The notes: a model not told the origin generated them from the letters alone. A stretch of DNA of 17,159 nt from a bacterium (GCA_031441465.1 JANOEP010000023.1:1-17159); one strand, 5' to 3'; shown: positions 1 to 8,796, counted from the stretch's first letter. Numbers and translations are program-made.

Positions 1-2
1 TC

Positions 3-458
3 GAGCGCATCCAGTACCGGCCGCTCGGCCGCGCGGTCCTGGCCGCGCGCGCCGGCTTGGGCTGGGGCCGGCCGCTCGCGGGCGACCTCGACCTGCCGCC
101 CAACGTGCGCTTCTTCGCCGGCGGCTCCACCTCCATGCGCGGTTTCAAGCGCCGCCACCTCGGACCAGTGGACGCCATGGGCGAGCCGCTCGGCGGCGAG
201 GCACGGCTGATCGCGTCGGCGGAGGTGCGGATCCCGGTGAAGGGCCGCGTGCAGGCGGCCGCCTTCATCGACGCCGGCCAGGCCTGGGCGCGGCATGACG
301 ACATCGACCTGAGCGAACTCGAAGTCGCCGTCGGGCCCGGCCTGATGGTGAACTCACCGGTCGGCCCCTTGCGGGCCGACCTCGGCTTCCGGCTCACCGA
401 CGTGGTGCCGGACCAACCCCGAATGGTGCTGCATGTCTCGGTCGGGCATCCGTTCTGA
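3..458 (+). CDS. tamA: TamA/BamA-family Omp85 outer-membrane protein, C-terminal beta-barrel (5'-truncated by window edge)
   Basis: Frame is open from position 3 (ERIQYRPLGRAVLAARAGLGW...). Contains RFFAGGSTSMRGF (Omp85 loop-6 VRGF/Y-type motif), SAEVRIP, FIDAGQAW, SPVGPLRADLGF and a terminal SVGHPF beta-signal. Lies immediately upstream of a TamB-like gene. Confidence 0.9.
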   Translation, partial: ERIQYRPLGRAVLAARAGLGWGRPLAGDLDLPPNVRFFAGGSTSMRGFKRRHLGPVDAMGEPLGGEARLIASAEVRIPVKGRVQAAAFIDAGQAWARHDDIDLSELEVAVGPGLMVNSPVGPLRADLGFRLTDVVPDQPRMVLHVSVGHPF

Positions 459-3400
459 CGCGGCGCGGCGCGCCTTGCGGCGTGCGGCGCGCGGCCTGGC
501 CATCGCGCCGGGCGCGCTGCTGCTGCTCGTCGCGGTGCTGCTGGCGCTCGTGCTCGGTGTGCAGGGCGTGCGCGAGGCCGGCCTGCGCGCCGCGCTGCGC
601 CGCATCGACGCGAACCTGCCCGGCGAGTTCGCCTGGTCCCGCCTGACTTGGCCCGAGCCCTGGCGCCTGCACGTCTCCGGCCTGCTCTGGACGGACGGGG
701 CCGATACCCTCGCGAGCGTCGACCGCCTCGACCTGCAGTTCGACGGCCGCGCGCTGCTGCAGCGCGACGTGGTGGCCGAGCACCTTCATCTAGCCGGAGT
801 CTTCGCGGACCTGCCGCGGCTGCAGGCGAGTTTGTCCCGGCTGCCCGCACGCGCCGATTCCACGGCCGCATCCAGCGGCAGCTTCCCACGCGAGGGCGCG
901 CTGCCGCGCCTGCCGTCCCTTGCGCTGCGCGACGTGCAGCTCGCGGACGTGTCGCTCATCGTCGCGCCCGGGCTGAGCGTGCATGACGGGAAGCTGGCCG
1001 GCTCCCTGACGCTGCGCCGGGGCGAGACACCCCTGGCAAGGCTCGACGACGTGGCCGCGCGTGACGCGGCCGGCCTCTGGGAGATCGCCGGCGGCACGGC
1101 CGAGTTCGACCCGCACAGAGGCGCGCTCACCACCCGTCTCGACGGCGCCTCGGGCAACTGGCCGTTCGCGCTCGCAGTCGATTTCGACGGCGTCGAATCT
1201 TACCGGCTCACGCTGGCCGGCCGCGACGGGCCCGCGCCGCCGCAGGGCACAGGTCTGGTCGCGACGGGACAGTTGCTGCGCGCGGACGGCGCGGTGACGT
1301 CGCTCACCCTGGAAGCGCAGGCGCGCACCCCCGGCACGGCCGAGCTGGCCGGCATGCGGGGCCGGCCCGTCCTGCCCGAGGGCTGGGTCGACCAGACCGG
1401 CATGCTGCTGCACGCGACCGGCCGCTACGTGCTGCTGCCGACGCGGGAGGGAAACCTTCTGGTGTGGACCCCGTCCGCAGTGGCCGGCGACAGCCTGCGG
1501 GCCGCGTTCTCGTTCCAGGGCACGCAGGCGCGCCTCGACACGCTCACGGCCGCCTGGCAGGGACTCGTGGTGCGTGGGAGCGGGCGCCTGGCCGATGACA
1601 CGCTGGCCGCCAACCTCGCGGCTTCGGTGCGCGGCACGGACTGGCTGCGCGTGCTGATCCCGCAGTTCGCCGCTCCCGACAGCCTGGCCGCCGATCTCGT
1701 GGCCGATCTCGCCGGTCCGCTGCGCGCCCTCGTGCTCGACGCCAGCCTCGACGGCGCCTTGCGCCAGGGCGACTTCCGCCTAGAAAGCGCGCGGCTCACC
1801 GCCACCGGCCTGCTCGCGCCGCCCGGATCGCCCCTCGCCTTCACCCTCGCGGCGCGCGCGCTCGGCTTCGACCTGTCCGGCGACGGCGAGGCGAGCCTGG
1901 GCGACACGCTGCTGGTGACCTTGCCGCCGTGGCGCCTGGCCGCCGTCCCCGGCGGCCCGCGCGACCACCGCGCTGCGCTGGCCCGGCTGCACGCGATGGA
2001 ACCGCCGCCGGTGCCCGGGGCTGGTCCGGCGAGCGGCACGGTGAGCTTCGTGCCCGCGACCGGCGCGCTGCGCGCGAGCGGTCTGCAGATCGCATTCGAC
2101 GAGGACCGCGTGCAGATCGAGATCGAGGGTGCGCTGCCATCTGCCGACGATCCCGAGCGCGGCGTGGACCTGCGCGCGACGCTGCACGCGCCGGGCCCCG
2201 GCTATCTCAGCCCGCTGCTGCCCCCGCAGCCCGCGGCGCGCACGCTCGGCCCGCTGATCGGCGAGGTGACCCTCGCGGCGCTCCCCGACGTTGACCCCGG
2301 GGACTTCGCGTTGCGCGCCGACCTCGGCGCCACCGCCTGGCTCGACACCGCGCTGGCCGTGGTGCACCGTCGCGGCGCGACGACCGTCGTCAAGACGCTG
2401 ACCTTCGCGCTGCCGGGCCTGGCGTTGCACGGCAGCGGCGACGCCACACCCGACAGCCTGGACTTCGCCCTGCAGCTCGCCGTCACCGACGCGCGTTCGT
2501 TGCGCCACTTCGTCCTCGCGCTCGACGAATCGGCTCAGGTCGCGCTCACGGCCGACGTCGTGCTCGTCGGCCCCACGCGCGCGCCGCGCGGATCGGCCCG
2601 GCTGCAGGGCGCTGTTGTGAACGGGTCGCTCGTGCTGCCCGCGCTCGAGGGTGCGGTCGATTGGACCGGGGCGCGTCTGCTCTTCGCACGGCTCACGGCG
2701 CCGCAGGGCCTGACGGCCGGGACGACCGTGCTCACGACCGTCGAAGCGTTCTACGGCGACGAAGCCGACACCCTGCGCTCGTCGCCCGATGCTCTCGTCG
2801 TGCGGGTGGTGGGAGAGGGGATGTCGCTGCTGCAACGCGCCCAGGTGGAGAGGGCGCCCGGCGCCTGGGTGGTGCGCACCGACACGCTGGCCGTCGTCCT
2901 GTCCGGCCGCGACCTGCGTTCCCGCGGCCCCTTCGTGCTCGAACTGCTCGACGGCGGCGCGGGGCTGCGCCTGCGCGACCTCGACCTCGCCGGCGAAATG
3001 GGGAGCGTGCGCGGCGCCGGGCACGCCGGTCCCGACAGCACGCGCCTCGAGTTCGACGCCGAACTGGCCCTGCCCGCCGCACCGCCGGTGCCGCTGTGGC
3101 CGGGCGATCTCTGGCCCCACGCCGTGGCGGTCCACCTGCGCGCCGACGCCGACAGCGCCTCGCTGCTCGCCCGCGTGGAGGGGCTGCGGCTGGGCGAGCG
3201 CGACGCCCTGGTCGCCGACCTCACGCTCACCGGCGGTCTCGACGGCGCGCGCGGACTGCTCACCGTCGGGGACGGCGGCGGCGAGATCGCGCGCGCCGTC
3301 GCCGCGCTGCCCGCGACGGTGCAGGTGTGGCCACCGGCGATCGCCGTGCACGACGGCGACCTGTCGGCCACGCTCGACCTCGACGACTTCCCGCTGATCG

Positions 3401-4884
3401 CGCCCACGTGGGGCCGCGCCTGGCAAGGGCCGGTGCCGCTGCTGGACGGTCGCGTCGAACTCACAGGCCCGGCCGCCGCACCCGCTCTGGGAGCGCGCCT
3501 GCGTCTTGCTTTCCCCTCGCACGGCGGTGAGGGCGGCCACGAGGCCGACATCGCGGCGCGCCTGCAGGCGCCCGGCGCCGCCACGCCCGCAGTACCAACG
3601 TCAACGTTCCCACCGGGCGGTGCCGCCGAGACGCCGCCGGAGGCTCCCGGTGCGCTGGGCGTGGCGTGGACGATCTCACGCGACGGCGCCGAGGCCGGGC
3701 GCGGCGACCTGCACCTGCCGCTGGTCTGGAAGCCTGGGCCGCCCGCATTACCGACCGCGCCGGGCGACTCCATCACCGCCAATTTCCAGGCGCGTGACCT
3801 GTCGCTGTCCGATCTGAACTACCTGCTGGCGGGGGAGGCTTCGCTCGAGGGCCGTCTCACGCTCGACATCGCGGCCGCAGGTCCGACACGCGACCCGCGA
3901 CTGACCGGCAATCTCGCGGTGGCCAAGTTGGGCGCACGCCTGGCCGACGGCACCTGGGCCCTGGGCGCCGGCGAGATGAAGCTGTCCGGCACGGGTCGCC
4001 ACCCGGCGTTGCGCGGCAACGTCCGCATCGACCAGGGCGTGCTCGTGGTGCCCGAGGTGCGCGCCGCCCTGTTGCCCATCGAGGGCACCGCCACGCTCTG
4101 GCGCGAGGCGGCCCACGACACGAGAGCCGCCTCGCAGGTGCCCGCGCCCGCCGCCGCCGAGCCGGTCCTGCAGGCGCTCGACCTCGAGTTGGGGCTGAGC
4201 ATCCCCTCCGGCTTCTGGATCCGCGGCCGCGGCCTCGACGTCGAACTCGCGGGCGATCTGGAGGTGCGGCAGGGCGAGGGCGCGCCCGCCGTGTTCGGCG
4301 ATCTCGCCGCCACGCGCGGCCAGCTCACGCTGCTGGACCGCACCTTCATCGTCGAGCGGGGGCGCACGATCTTCTACGGCGGCGCGGTCGTGGACCCCGA
4401 GATCGACCTCGTCCTCGCGGCGCAGCAGGACGACCTGCTCGTGCGCGTGAACATGACCGGCACCGTGATGCAGCCGGAGCTGCGCCTGACCTCGGAGCCC
4501 GAACTGACCGAGGGCGACATCATGGCGCGCCTGGTGTTCGGCCGGCCCCTCGACCAGCTCGACGAGAAGGAGACGGGCATGCTGCAGAGCCGGGCCGTGA
4601 GCGTGGCCCGGACCTTCACGACGTCGCGCATCGAGGCCATGCTCTCGCGCCAGCTCGGCGTCGACATGCTGAGGTTCACGGCGGGCGAGACGGGCGGCCG
4701 CGCGCTGATGGTGGGCAAGTACCTCAACCGCCGCACCCTGCTGCGCTACGAGCAGTCGCTGCAGTCCGAGCAGGTGTTCTCGCTGGGGTTGGAGTACTGG
4801 CTGGCGCGGCGGTTCAAGCTCGAGACGAGTTTCAGTCGCGCGACGCAGTCGGGGTTGGATCTGAAGTGGAGTCGGAATTATTAA
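433..4884 (+). CDS. tamB: Translocation and assembly module protein TamB (AsmA-like, C-terminal DUF490)
   Basis: 1483-aa ORF with an N-terminal signal anchor (LLLLVAVLLALVLGV) and a long beta-rich body. C-terminal DUF490-like motifs: FWIRGRGLDVELAGDL, DPEIDL, LTSEPELTEGDIMARLVFGR, VGKYLNRR, SGLDLKWSRNY. Paired with tamA. Start codon uncertain (ATG 433 overlaps tamA by 26 nt). Confidence 0.88.
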   Translation: MSRSGIRSDAARRALRRAARGLAIAPGALLLLVAVLLALVLGVQGVREAGLRAALRRIDANLPGEFAWSRLTWPEPWRLHVSGLLWTDGADTLASVDRLDLQFDGRALLQRDVVAEHLHLAGVFADLPRLQASLSRLPARADSTAASSGSFPREGALPRLPSLALRDVQLADVSLIVAPGLSVHDGKLAGSLTLRRGETPLARLDDVAARDAAGLWEIAGGTAEFDPHRGALTTRLDGASGNWPFALAVDFDGVESYRLTLAGRDGPAPPQGTGLVATGQLLRADGAVTSLTLEAQARTPGTAELAGMRGRPVLPEGWVDQTGMLLHATGRYVLLPTREGNLLVWTPSAVAGDSLRAAFSFQGTQARLDTLTAAWQGLVVRGSGRLADDTLAANLAASVRGTDWLRVLIPQFAAPDSLAADLVADLAGPLRALVLDASLDGALRQGDFRLESARLTATGLLAPPGSPLAFTLAARALGFDLSGDGEASLGDTLLVTLPPWRLAAVPGGPRDHRAALARLHAMEPPPVPGAGPASGTVSFVPATGALRASGLQIAFDEDRVQIEIEGALPSADDPERGVDLRATLHAPGPGYLSPLLPPQPAARTLGPLIGEVTLAALPDVDPGDFALRADLGATAWLDTALAVVHRRGATTVVKTLTFALPGLALHGSGDATPDSLDFALQLAVTDARSLRHFVLALDESAQVALTADVVLVGPTRAPRGSARLQGAVVNGSLVLPALEGAVDWTGARLLFARLTAPQGLTAGTTVLTTVEAFYGDEADTLRSSPDALVVRVVGEGMSLLQRAQVERAPGAWVVRTDTLAVVLSGRDLRSRGPFVLELLDGGAGLRLRDLDLAGEMGSVRGAGHAGPDSTRLEFDAELALPAAPPVPLWPGDLWPHAVAVHLRADADSASLLARVEGLRLGERDALVADLTLTGGLDGARGLLTVGDGGGEIARAVAALPATVQVWPPAIAVHDGDLSATLDLDDFPLIAPTWGRAWQGPVPLLDGRVELTGPAAAPALGARLRLAFPSHGGEGGHEADIAARLQAPGAATPAVPTSTFPPGGAAETPPEAPGALGVAWTISRDGAEAGRGDLHLPLVWKPGPPALPTAPGDSITANFQARDLSLSDLNYLLAGEASLEGRLTLDIAAAGPTRDPRLTGNLAVAKLGARLADGTWALGAGEMKLSGTGRHPALRGNVRIDQGVLVVPEVRAALLPIEGTATLWREAAHDTRAASQVPAPAAAEPVLQALDLELGLSIPSGFWIRGRGLDVELAGDLEVRQGEGAPAVFGDLAATRGQLTLLDRTFIVERGRTIFYGGAVVDPEIDLVLAAQQDDLLVRVNMTGTVMQPELRLTSEPELTEGDIMARLVFGRPLDQLDEKETGMLQSRAVSVARTFTTSRIEAMLSRQLGVDMLRFTAGETGGRALMVGKYLNRRTLLRYEQSLQSEQVFSLGLEYWLARRFKLETSFSRATQSGLDLKWSRNY

Positions 4885-4957
4885 GATGTGCCGGCGGTGC
4901 GCCCACCGACGACCTCACCGAGAGGCGCGCCGTGGCCCCCATCGGTGAAGCCTGTCA

Positions 4958-6175
4958 TCAAGGCTGCAGCCAATCCCCGACCGGCCGCCCCAGGAACTCT
5001 TCCAGGGCCATGCCGTTGCCGCCCACCAGTAGCGTGCGCCGCGGCTTGAACGCAGCGTCGAAGGCGTCCAGCCCCGGCAGCATCTCGGGCGCCCGTCCGC
5101 TCTTGACCTCCAGGGCGACGACGGTGCGACCCGAGCGCACCACGAAGTCCACCTCGCGATTGCGTTCCCGCCAGTAGAAGACCTCGCATTCGCCGCACGC
5201 CGCCGCGTTCACCAGATGGGCGCCGACGGCGGATTCGACGAGCCGGCCGCGGAACTCACGGTCGGCCTGAATCGCCACGGGCGTCAACCCTGAGGACGCG
5301 GTCATCAGGGCGGTGTTCATGACCTGCAGTTTAGGGCTCGATCCGCGACGGCGCGCCGCGTCTCCGGCGTACTTCTGCAGGCCCGTGAGCATCCCGGCTC
5401 CGGACAGCAGGTCGAGGTAGTGAGCCAGCGTGGTGGTGTTGCCCGTGTCCTGGAGCTGGCCGAGCATCTTCGTGTAGGAGAGGACCTGACCCGAATAGCG
5501 GCAACCCAGCTCGAACAGGCGGCGCAACAGGGCCGGTCTGTCCACCCGCGACATCTGCAGGACGTCGCGGGAGATGGTGGTCTCGATCAACGAGTCCTGC
5601 AGGTAGCGTCGCCACCGCGTCTGATCTCCGATCAGCGCCGCCGCGCCGGGGTAACCTCCGAAGTACAGGTACTGCTCGAGGGTGAACCCGAACCCGTCGC
5701 GCATCTCGGCGAAGGACCAATGGGGCAGGCGCAGGAGTTCGAAGCGTCCGGCCAGGCTCTCCGTGAGACCGCGTTGCACCAGCAGGGGAGAGGATCCGAG
5801 CAGGATGACCTTGAGCGGAAGTTCCGCGCGCGTGTCTTCGTCCCAGAGGCGCTTCACGGTTTCGGACCAGTGGGGGATCTTCTGCACCTCGTCCAGGGCG
5901 AGTACGGCGCCGTCCCGTCCACCGTCCGCGACGGCCAGGCGCGCCCGTTCCCACTGCGAGGCAAGCCAGGTCGTGTCGCCGAGCGTCGGCTCGTCGGCGG
6001 ACACGTACACGCTCGGAATGTCGAGCCTAGCCAGGACCTGCCCGACCAGCGTGGTCTTGCCCACTTGCCGCGCTCCCGCGACGACCTGCAGGAACCGGCG
6101 GGGCTCCGACAATCTCGCCACAAGGTCGTGCGCCTTGCTGCGCTGGTATAAATTGCTAGTAATTTTACTCATCAT
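4958..6175 (-). CDS. AAA_14 ATPase with C-terminal DUF4143 / PD-(D/E)XK-like domain
   Basis: Walker A GARQVGKTT, Walker B LALDEVQ, LLGSS, ESLAGR, YFGGYP, and C-terminal FYWRERNREVDFVV...ALEVKSG. 405 aa. Confidence 0.9.
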   Translation of the reverse strand: MMSKITSNLYQRSKAHDLVARLSEPRRFLQVVAGARQVGKTTLVGQVLARLDIPSVYVSADEPTLGDTTWLASQWERARLAVADGGRDGAVLALDEVQKIPHWSETVKRLWDEDTRAELPLKVILLGSSPLLVQRGLTESLAGRFELLRLPHWSFAEMRDGFGFTLEQYLYFGGYPGAAALIGDQTRWRRYLQDSLIETTISRDVLQMSRVDRPALLRRLFELGCRYSGQVLSYTKMLGQLQDTGNTTTLAHYLDLLSGAGMLTGLQKYAGDAARRRGSSPKLQVMNTALMTASSGLTPVAIQADREFRGRLVESAVGAHLVNAAACGECEVFYWRERNREVDFVVRSGRTVVALEVKSGRAPEMLPGLDAFDAAFKPRRTLLVGGNGMALEEFLGRPVGDWLQP

Positions 6176-6184
6176 GATGAGTAA
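6165..6184. promoter_or_regulatory. Perfect 20-bp palindrome, candidate operator
   Basis: TTACTCATCA|TGATGAGTAA covers the predicted transcription start and the ATG ATG start codons of the 4958-6175 gene. Confidence 0.6.
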
Positions 6185-6211
6185 TTATACTCCAAACTAA
6201 GACCGTGTCAA
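6184..6211 (-). promoter_or_regulatory. sigma70-type promoter of the first DUF4143 ATPase gene (probably leaderless)
   Basis: Minus strand reads TTGACA (6211-6206), 16 nt, TATAAT (6189-6184), 8 nt, ATG (6175). Both hexamers are perfect consensus in a high-GC background, and there is no Shine-Dalgarno. Confidence 0.75.
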
Positions 6212-6247
6212 GGGTTGAGATCATGGTGGCATGATATATAATTCACA

Positions 6248-6961
6248 TCATGGCATGGCATTAGGTAATCCCACGCTCTGCGCCATGACCACCCTCTGCG
6301 ATTCCGGCAATCCCAGAGCCACCCCGAGCGCCTCCCGATCCACCATCGCCCGCAGCACCACCCCCAGCCCCTCCGATGTCGCGAACAAGTACACGTTCTG
6401 TGCCACGATCCCCGCATGCGTCCCGTCGTAAAGCGCCCGCTGCGCCGCATCCTCGACCCCGTGCATCTTCGCCCCGTCCGACACGTAGACCAGGTTCACC
6501 GCCGCCTCGGACACGAACGGCTGCGCCCCCGTCGCCGCCCGCAGATCCCCGGGCCGCACCGGCGCCAGCGCGTGCCCCGCCGGCTCGTAGCGGTACGTCC
6601 CCGCCGCCGTCACCACGTAGACGTCCAGGCTCTGCCAGTTGCGCGCCGTCGCCGCGGTGCGTTTGCCGGTGTCCGGCCGGTTGACGCCGTTGGCCGCCCA
6701 CAGCAGGTCCGAGAGCGTCTGCAGGGGCAGCGGGTCGGTGTTGAATTCGCGCGACGAATGGCGGTTCGCCAGGGCGCTCATCAGCGGCATGCCGCCGGCC
6801 GTGGCCGGAGCCGGCAGGGCGATGTTCTGGCCCGGGACGAACGCCAGGTTCGCGCTGGTCGCCGGCTCCGCGGCGGCCGCGGCCGTCGCGAAGATCGCCG
6901 CCAGCAGGACCGCGCCGCCGAAGCTCCCAACCACTCGCCGCCAGGGATTCGGTCGTTTCAT
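6248..6961 (-). CDS. SagB/ThcOx-family nitroreductase-like flavoprotein with N-terminal signal peptide
   Basis: GGMPLMSALANRHSSREF, LSDLLWAANGVNRPDTGKRTA, AQNVYLFATSEGLG and MAQSVG are typical of this family. SD AAGGAG lies 7 nt upstream of the ATG. Basic then hydrophobic N-terminus ending in an Ala-rich cleavage region. Confidence 0.85.
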   Translation of the reverse strand: MKRPNPWRRVVGSFGGAVLLAAIFATAAAAAEPATSANLAFVPGQNIALPAPATAGGMPLMSALANRHSSREFNTDPLPLQTLSDLLWAANGVNRPDTGKRTAATARNWQSLDVYVVTAAGTYRYEPAGHALAPVRPGDLRAATGAQPFVSEAAVNLVYVSDGAKMHGVEDAAQRALYDGTHAGIVAQNVYLFATSEGLGVVLRAMVDREALGVALGLPESQRVVMAQSVGLPNAMP

Positions 6962-7112
6962 CGGTGGACTCCTTCCGCTCGCTCACGGGAGTCGCCAAGG
7001 CCGGAACGGCCGGCGGCGGACCCCTGTGGAAAATATCACCATCCCGAGCGCGGGTGCGAGATGTATGGTCTGGCGGGCGCCCCGTTCCCATGTCACGAAA
7101 AGGGGGAGAACC

Positions 7113-7526
7113 ATGATCATCGAACGCCTGCACGAGCACATCGTCGAGGAGCTGCAGCAGAACAGCCGGTCCGAGGTCGTCTTCGTCGGCGTCGCCATCG
7201 CCCTGAACCTGGTGACGATGGCGGTCAACTCGGGCCTGGCGAGCAACACCGACAGCACGTCGGCCCACGCCGTGCTGGTGGTGACCATGGCGCTGGTGCT
7301 GGTGGTCAACCAGGTCGTCGTCTCGGGGCTGCGCCAGGGGGCGCAGATCAAGACCAAGCTGCTGAACGGGCTGGTGAAGATGTACCAGGACGAGAAGGTG
7401 GTCGACTACTACGACCTGTCCCTGCTGGACGCCTACCAGTCCCGGTTCCGCCAGTACCTGATCGGCGTGCTGGCTACGGGCGTCGCCTCGTTCGTGGTGC
7501 CGATCATCGTGCTGGTGACGTCCTGA
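7113..7526 (+). CDS. Hypothetical small membrane protein (137 aa, about 3 TM helices)
   Basis: SD GGGGGAG then ATG at 7113 (MIIERLHEHIVEELQQ...). Strong GC3 codon bias and three hydrophobic segments. The upstream extension in the ORF track (from 6639) is antisense to the nitroreductase and not credible. Confidence 0.8.
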   Translation: MIIERLHEHIVEELQQNSRSEVVFVGVAIALNLVTMAVNSGLASNTDSTSAHAVLVVTMALVLVVNQVVVSGLRQGAQIKTKLLNGLVKMYQDEKVVDYYDLSLLDAYQSRFRQYLIGVLATGVASFVVPIIVLVTS

Positions 7527-7585
7527 CCGCGGCTGACGGCTTGAACGACTTGAGGGTCTCGCCACCCGAAGTCACGAGAAAATCG

Positions 7586-7614
7586 TTGACATAGTTACTG
7601 AATATCGCGATAAT
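7586..7614 (+). promoter_or_regulatory. sigma70-type leaderless promoter of the second DUF4143 ATPase gene, with overlapping palindrome
   Basis: TTGACA (7586-7591), 17 nt, GATAAT (7609-7614), 6 nt, ATG (7621), with no SD. Imperfect palindrome TGA-A-TATCGCGATA-A-TCA (7599-7616) overlaps the -10. Confidence 0.7.
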
Positions 7615-7620
7615 CATCAC

Positions 7621-8796
7621 ATGAACCAACCAATTCCCAACTTCATGAGATTGCTGGACTTGCCGTGGTCTCCCAACCCCGTCACGGGTTCGGCGGCGGC
7701 ATTCCTGTGGGGGCCGCGCCAGTCCGGCAAGACCACCCTGCTGCACCAGCGCTTCCCGACGGCTCGCTTCTACGATCTGCTGGACACCTCACTGAGCGCC
7801 GAGTTGAGCGTCTCTCCGAAGCTGCTGCGTGAGCAGATCCTCGCGACCCGGCCGCCGGTCGTGGTGGTGGACGAGGTCCAGAAGGTGCCGGCCCTGTTGG
7901 AGGAGGTGCATTGGCTGCTCGAAAACACCGCCACGCGTTTCGTGCTGTGCGGGTCCAGCGCGCGCACGCTGCGGCGGCGCGCTCGTAATCTGCTGGGCGG
8001 ACGGGCGGTCGAGCATCGCCTGCTGCCGCTGACAAGCAGGGAGATCCCGGACCTCGATCTGGACCGGTACCTCCATCACGGCGGTCTGCCCGTCCACTAC
8101 CTGGTCGAAGACCCGGCCCCCCGGCTGAAGGCCTACGTGAATGCGTACATCCGCGAGGAGATCATCGACGAATCGGCGACGCGCAATGTTCCGGCTTTCG
8201 CACGCTTCCTGCAGGTCGTCGCGCTGACGCACGCCCAGCTGCTCAACTACGCGAACATCGCCCGGGAGACGGGAGTGTCACCGAGCACGGTCCGCAACTA
8301 TTTCCAGATCCTCGACGACACGCTGCTCGGCTACACGCTGGAGCCGTGGCGGCGCGCCGCGAGCCGCCGGCTCGTCGAAACCGCGAAGTACTATCTGTTC
8401 GACGTGGGGGTCGCGCGCGCCCTGCACCCGGAGGCGACCGTCGTGGCCGAAGGATCGGACCTGTACGGACGCGCCTTCGAGCATTTCCTGCTGAACGAGG
8501 TGCGAGCGTACCTCGCCTACCGTCGGGACGATCGTCCGCTGACGTTCTGGCGGACCCACTCGGGGTACGAAGTCGACCTCATCGTCGGCGACCTCGAGGC
8601 CGCCTTCGAATTCAAGTCGGGCCGGCAGGTCCGCAGCGCCGACTTTCAGGGGTTGCGGGCCCTGCGGCAGGAGCAGCGGGTCGGCCGGGCGATCATCGTC
8701 TCCCGCACGGACGAAGCCCGCACCACCGACGACGGGATCGCGGTGCTGCCATGGCGGATGTTCTGCAACCGGCTCTGGGATGGAGAACTGTTCTGA
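7621..8796 (+). CDS. AAA_14 ATPase with C-terminal DUF4143 / PD-(D/E)XK-like domain
   Basis: Walker A GPRQSGKTT, Walker B VVVDEVQ, LCGSSAR, NLLGGRA, HGGLP, HTH-like LNYANIARETGVSPSTVRNYFQIL, KYYLFDVG, and FWRTHSGYEVDLIV...FEFKSG. 391 aa. Confidence 0.9.
   Translation: MNQPIPNFMRLLDLPWSPNPVTGSAAAFLWGPRQSGKTTLLHQRFPTARFYDLLDTSLSAELSVSPKLLREQILATRPPVVVVDEVQKVPALLEEVHWLLENTATRFVLCGSSARTLRRRARNLLGGRAVEHRLLPLTSREIPDLDLDRYLHHGGLPVHYLVEDPAPRLKAYVNAYIREEIIDESATRNVPAFARFLQVVALTHAQLLNYANIARETGVSPSTVRNYFQILDDTLLGYTLEPWRRAASRRLVETAKYYLFDVGVARALHPEATVVAEGSDLYGRAFEHFLLNEVRAYLAYRRDDRPLTFWRTHSGYEVDLIVGDLEAAFEFKSGRQVRSADFQGLRALRQEQRVGRAIIVSRTDEARTTDDGIAVLPWRMFCNRLWDGELF

Noticed and set aside
354..4736. Many long alternative-frame and antisense ORFs over tamB (e.g. 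1780-3540 minus, 586 aa)
   Set aside because: Shadow ORFs expected at very high GC. They are Arg/Ala/Gly/Pro-rich, lack motifs, and overlap a well-supported gene.
4885..4957. Small hairpins between convergent tamB and ATPase genes (TCACCGA...TCGGTGA)
   Set aside because: Short stems with no U-tract in GC-rich DNA, too weak to call a terminator.
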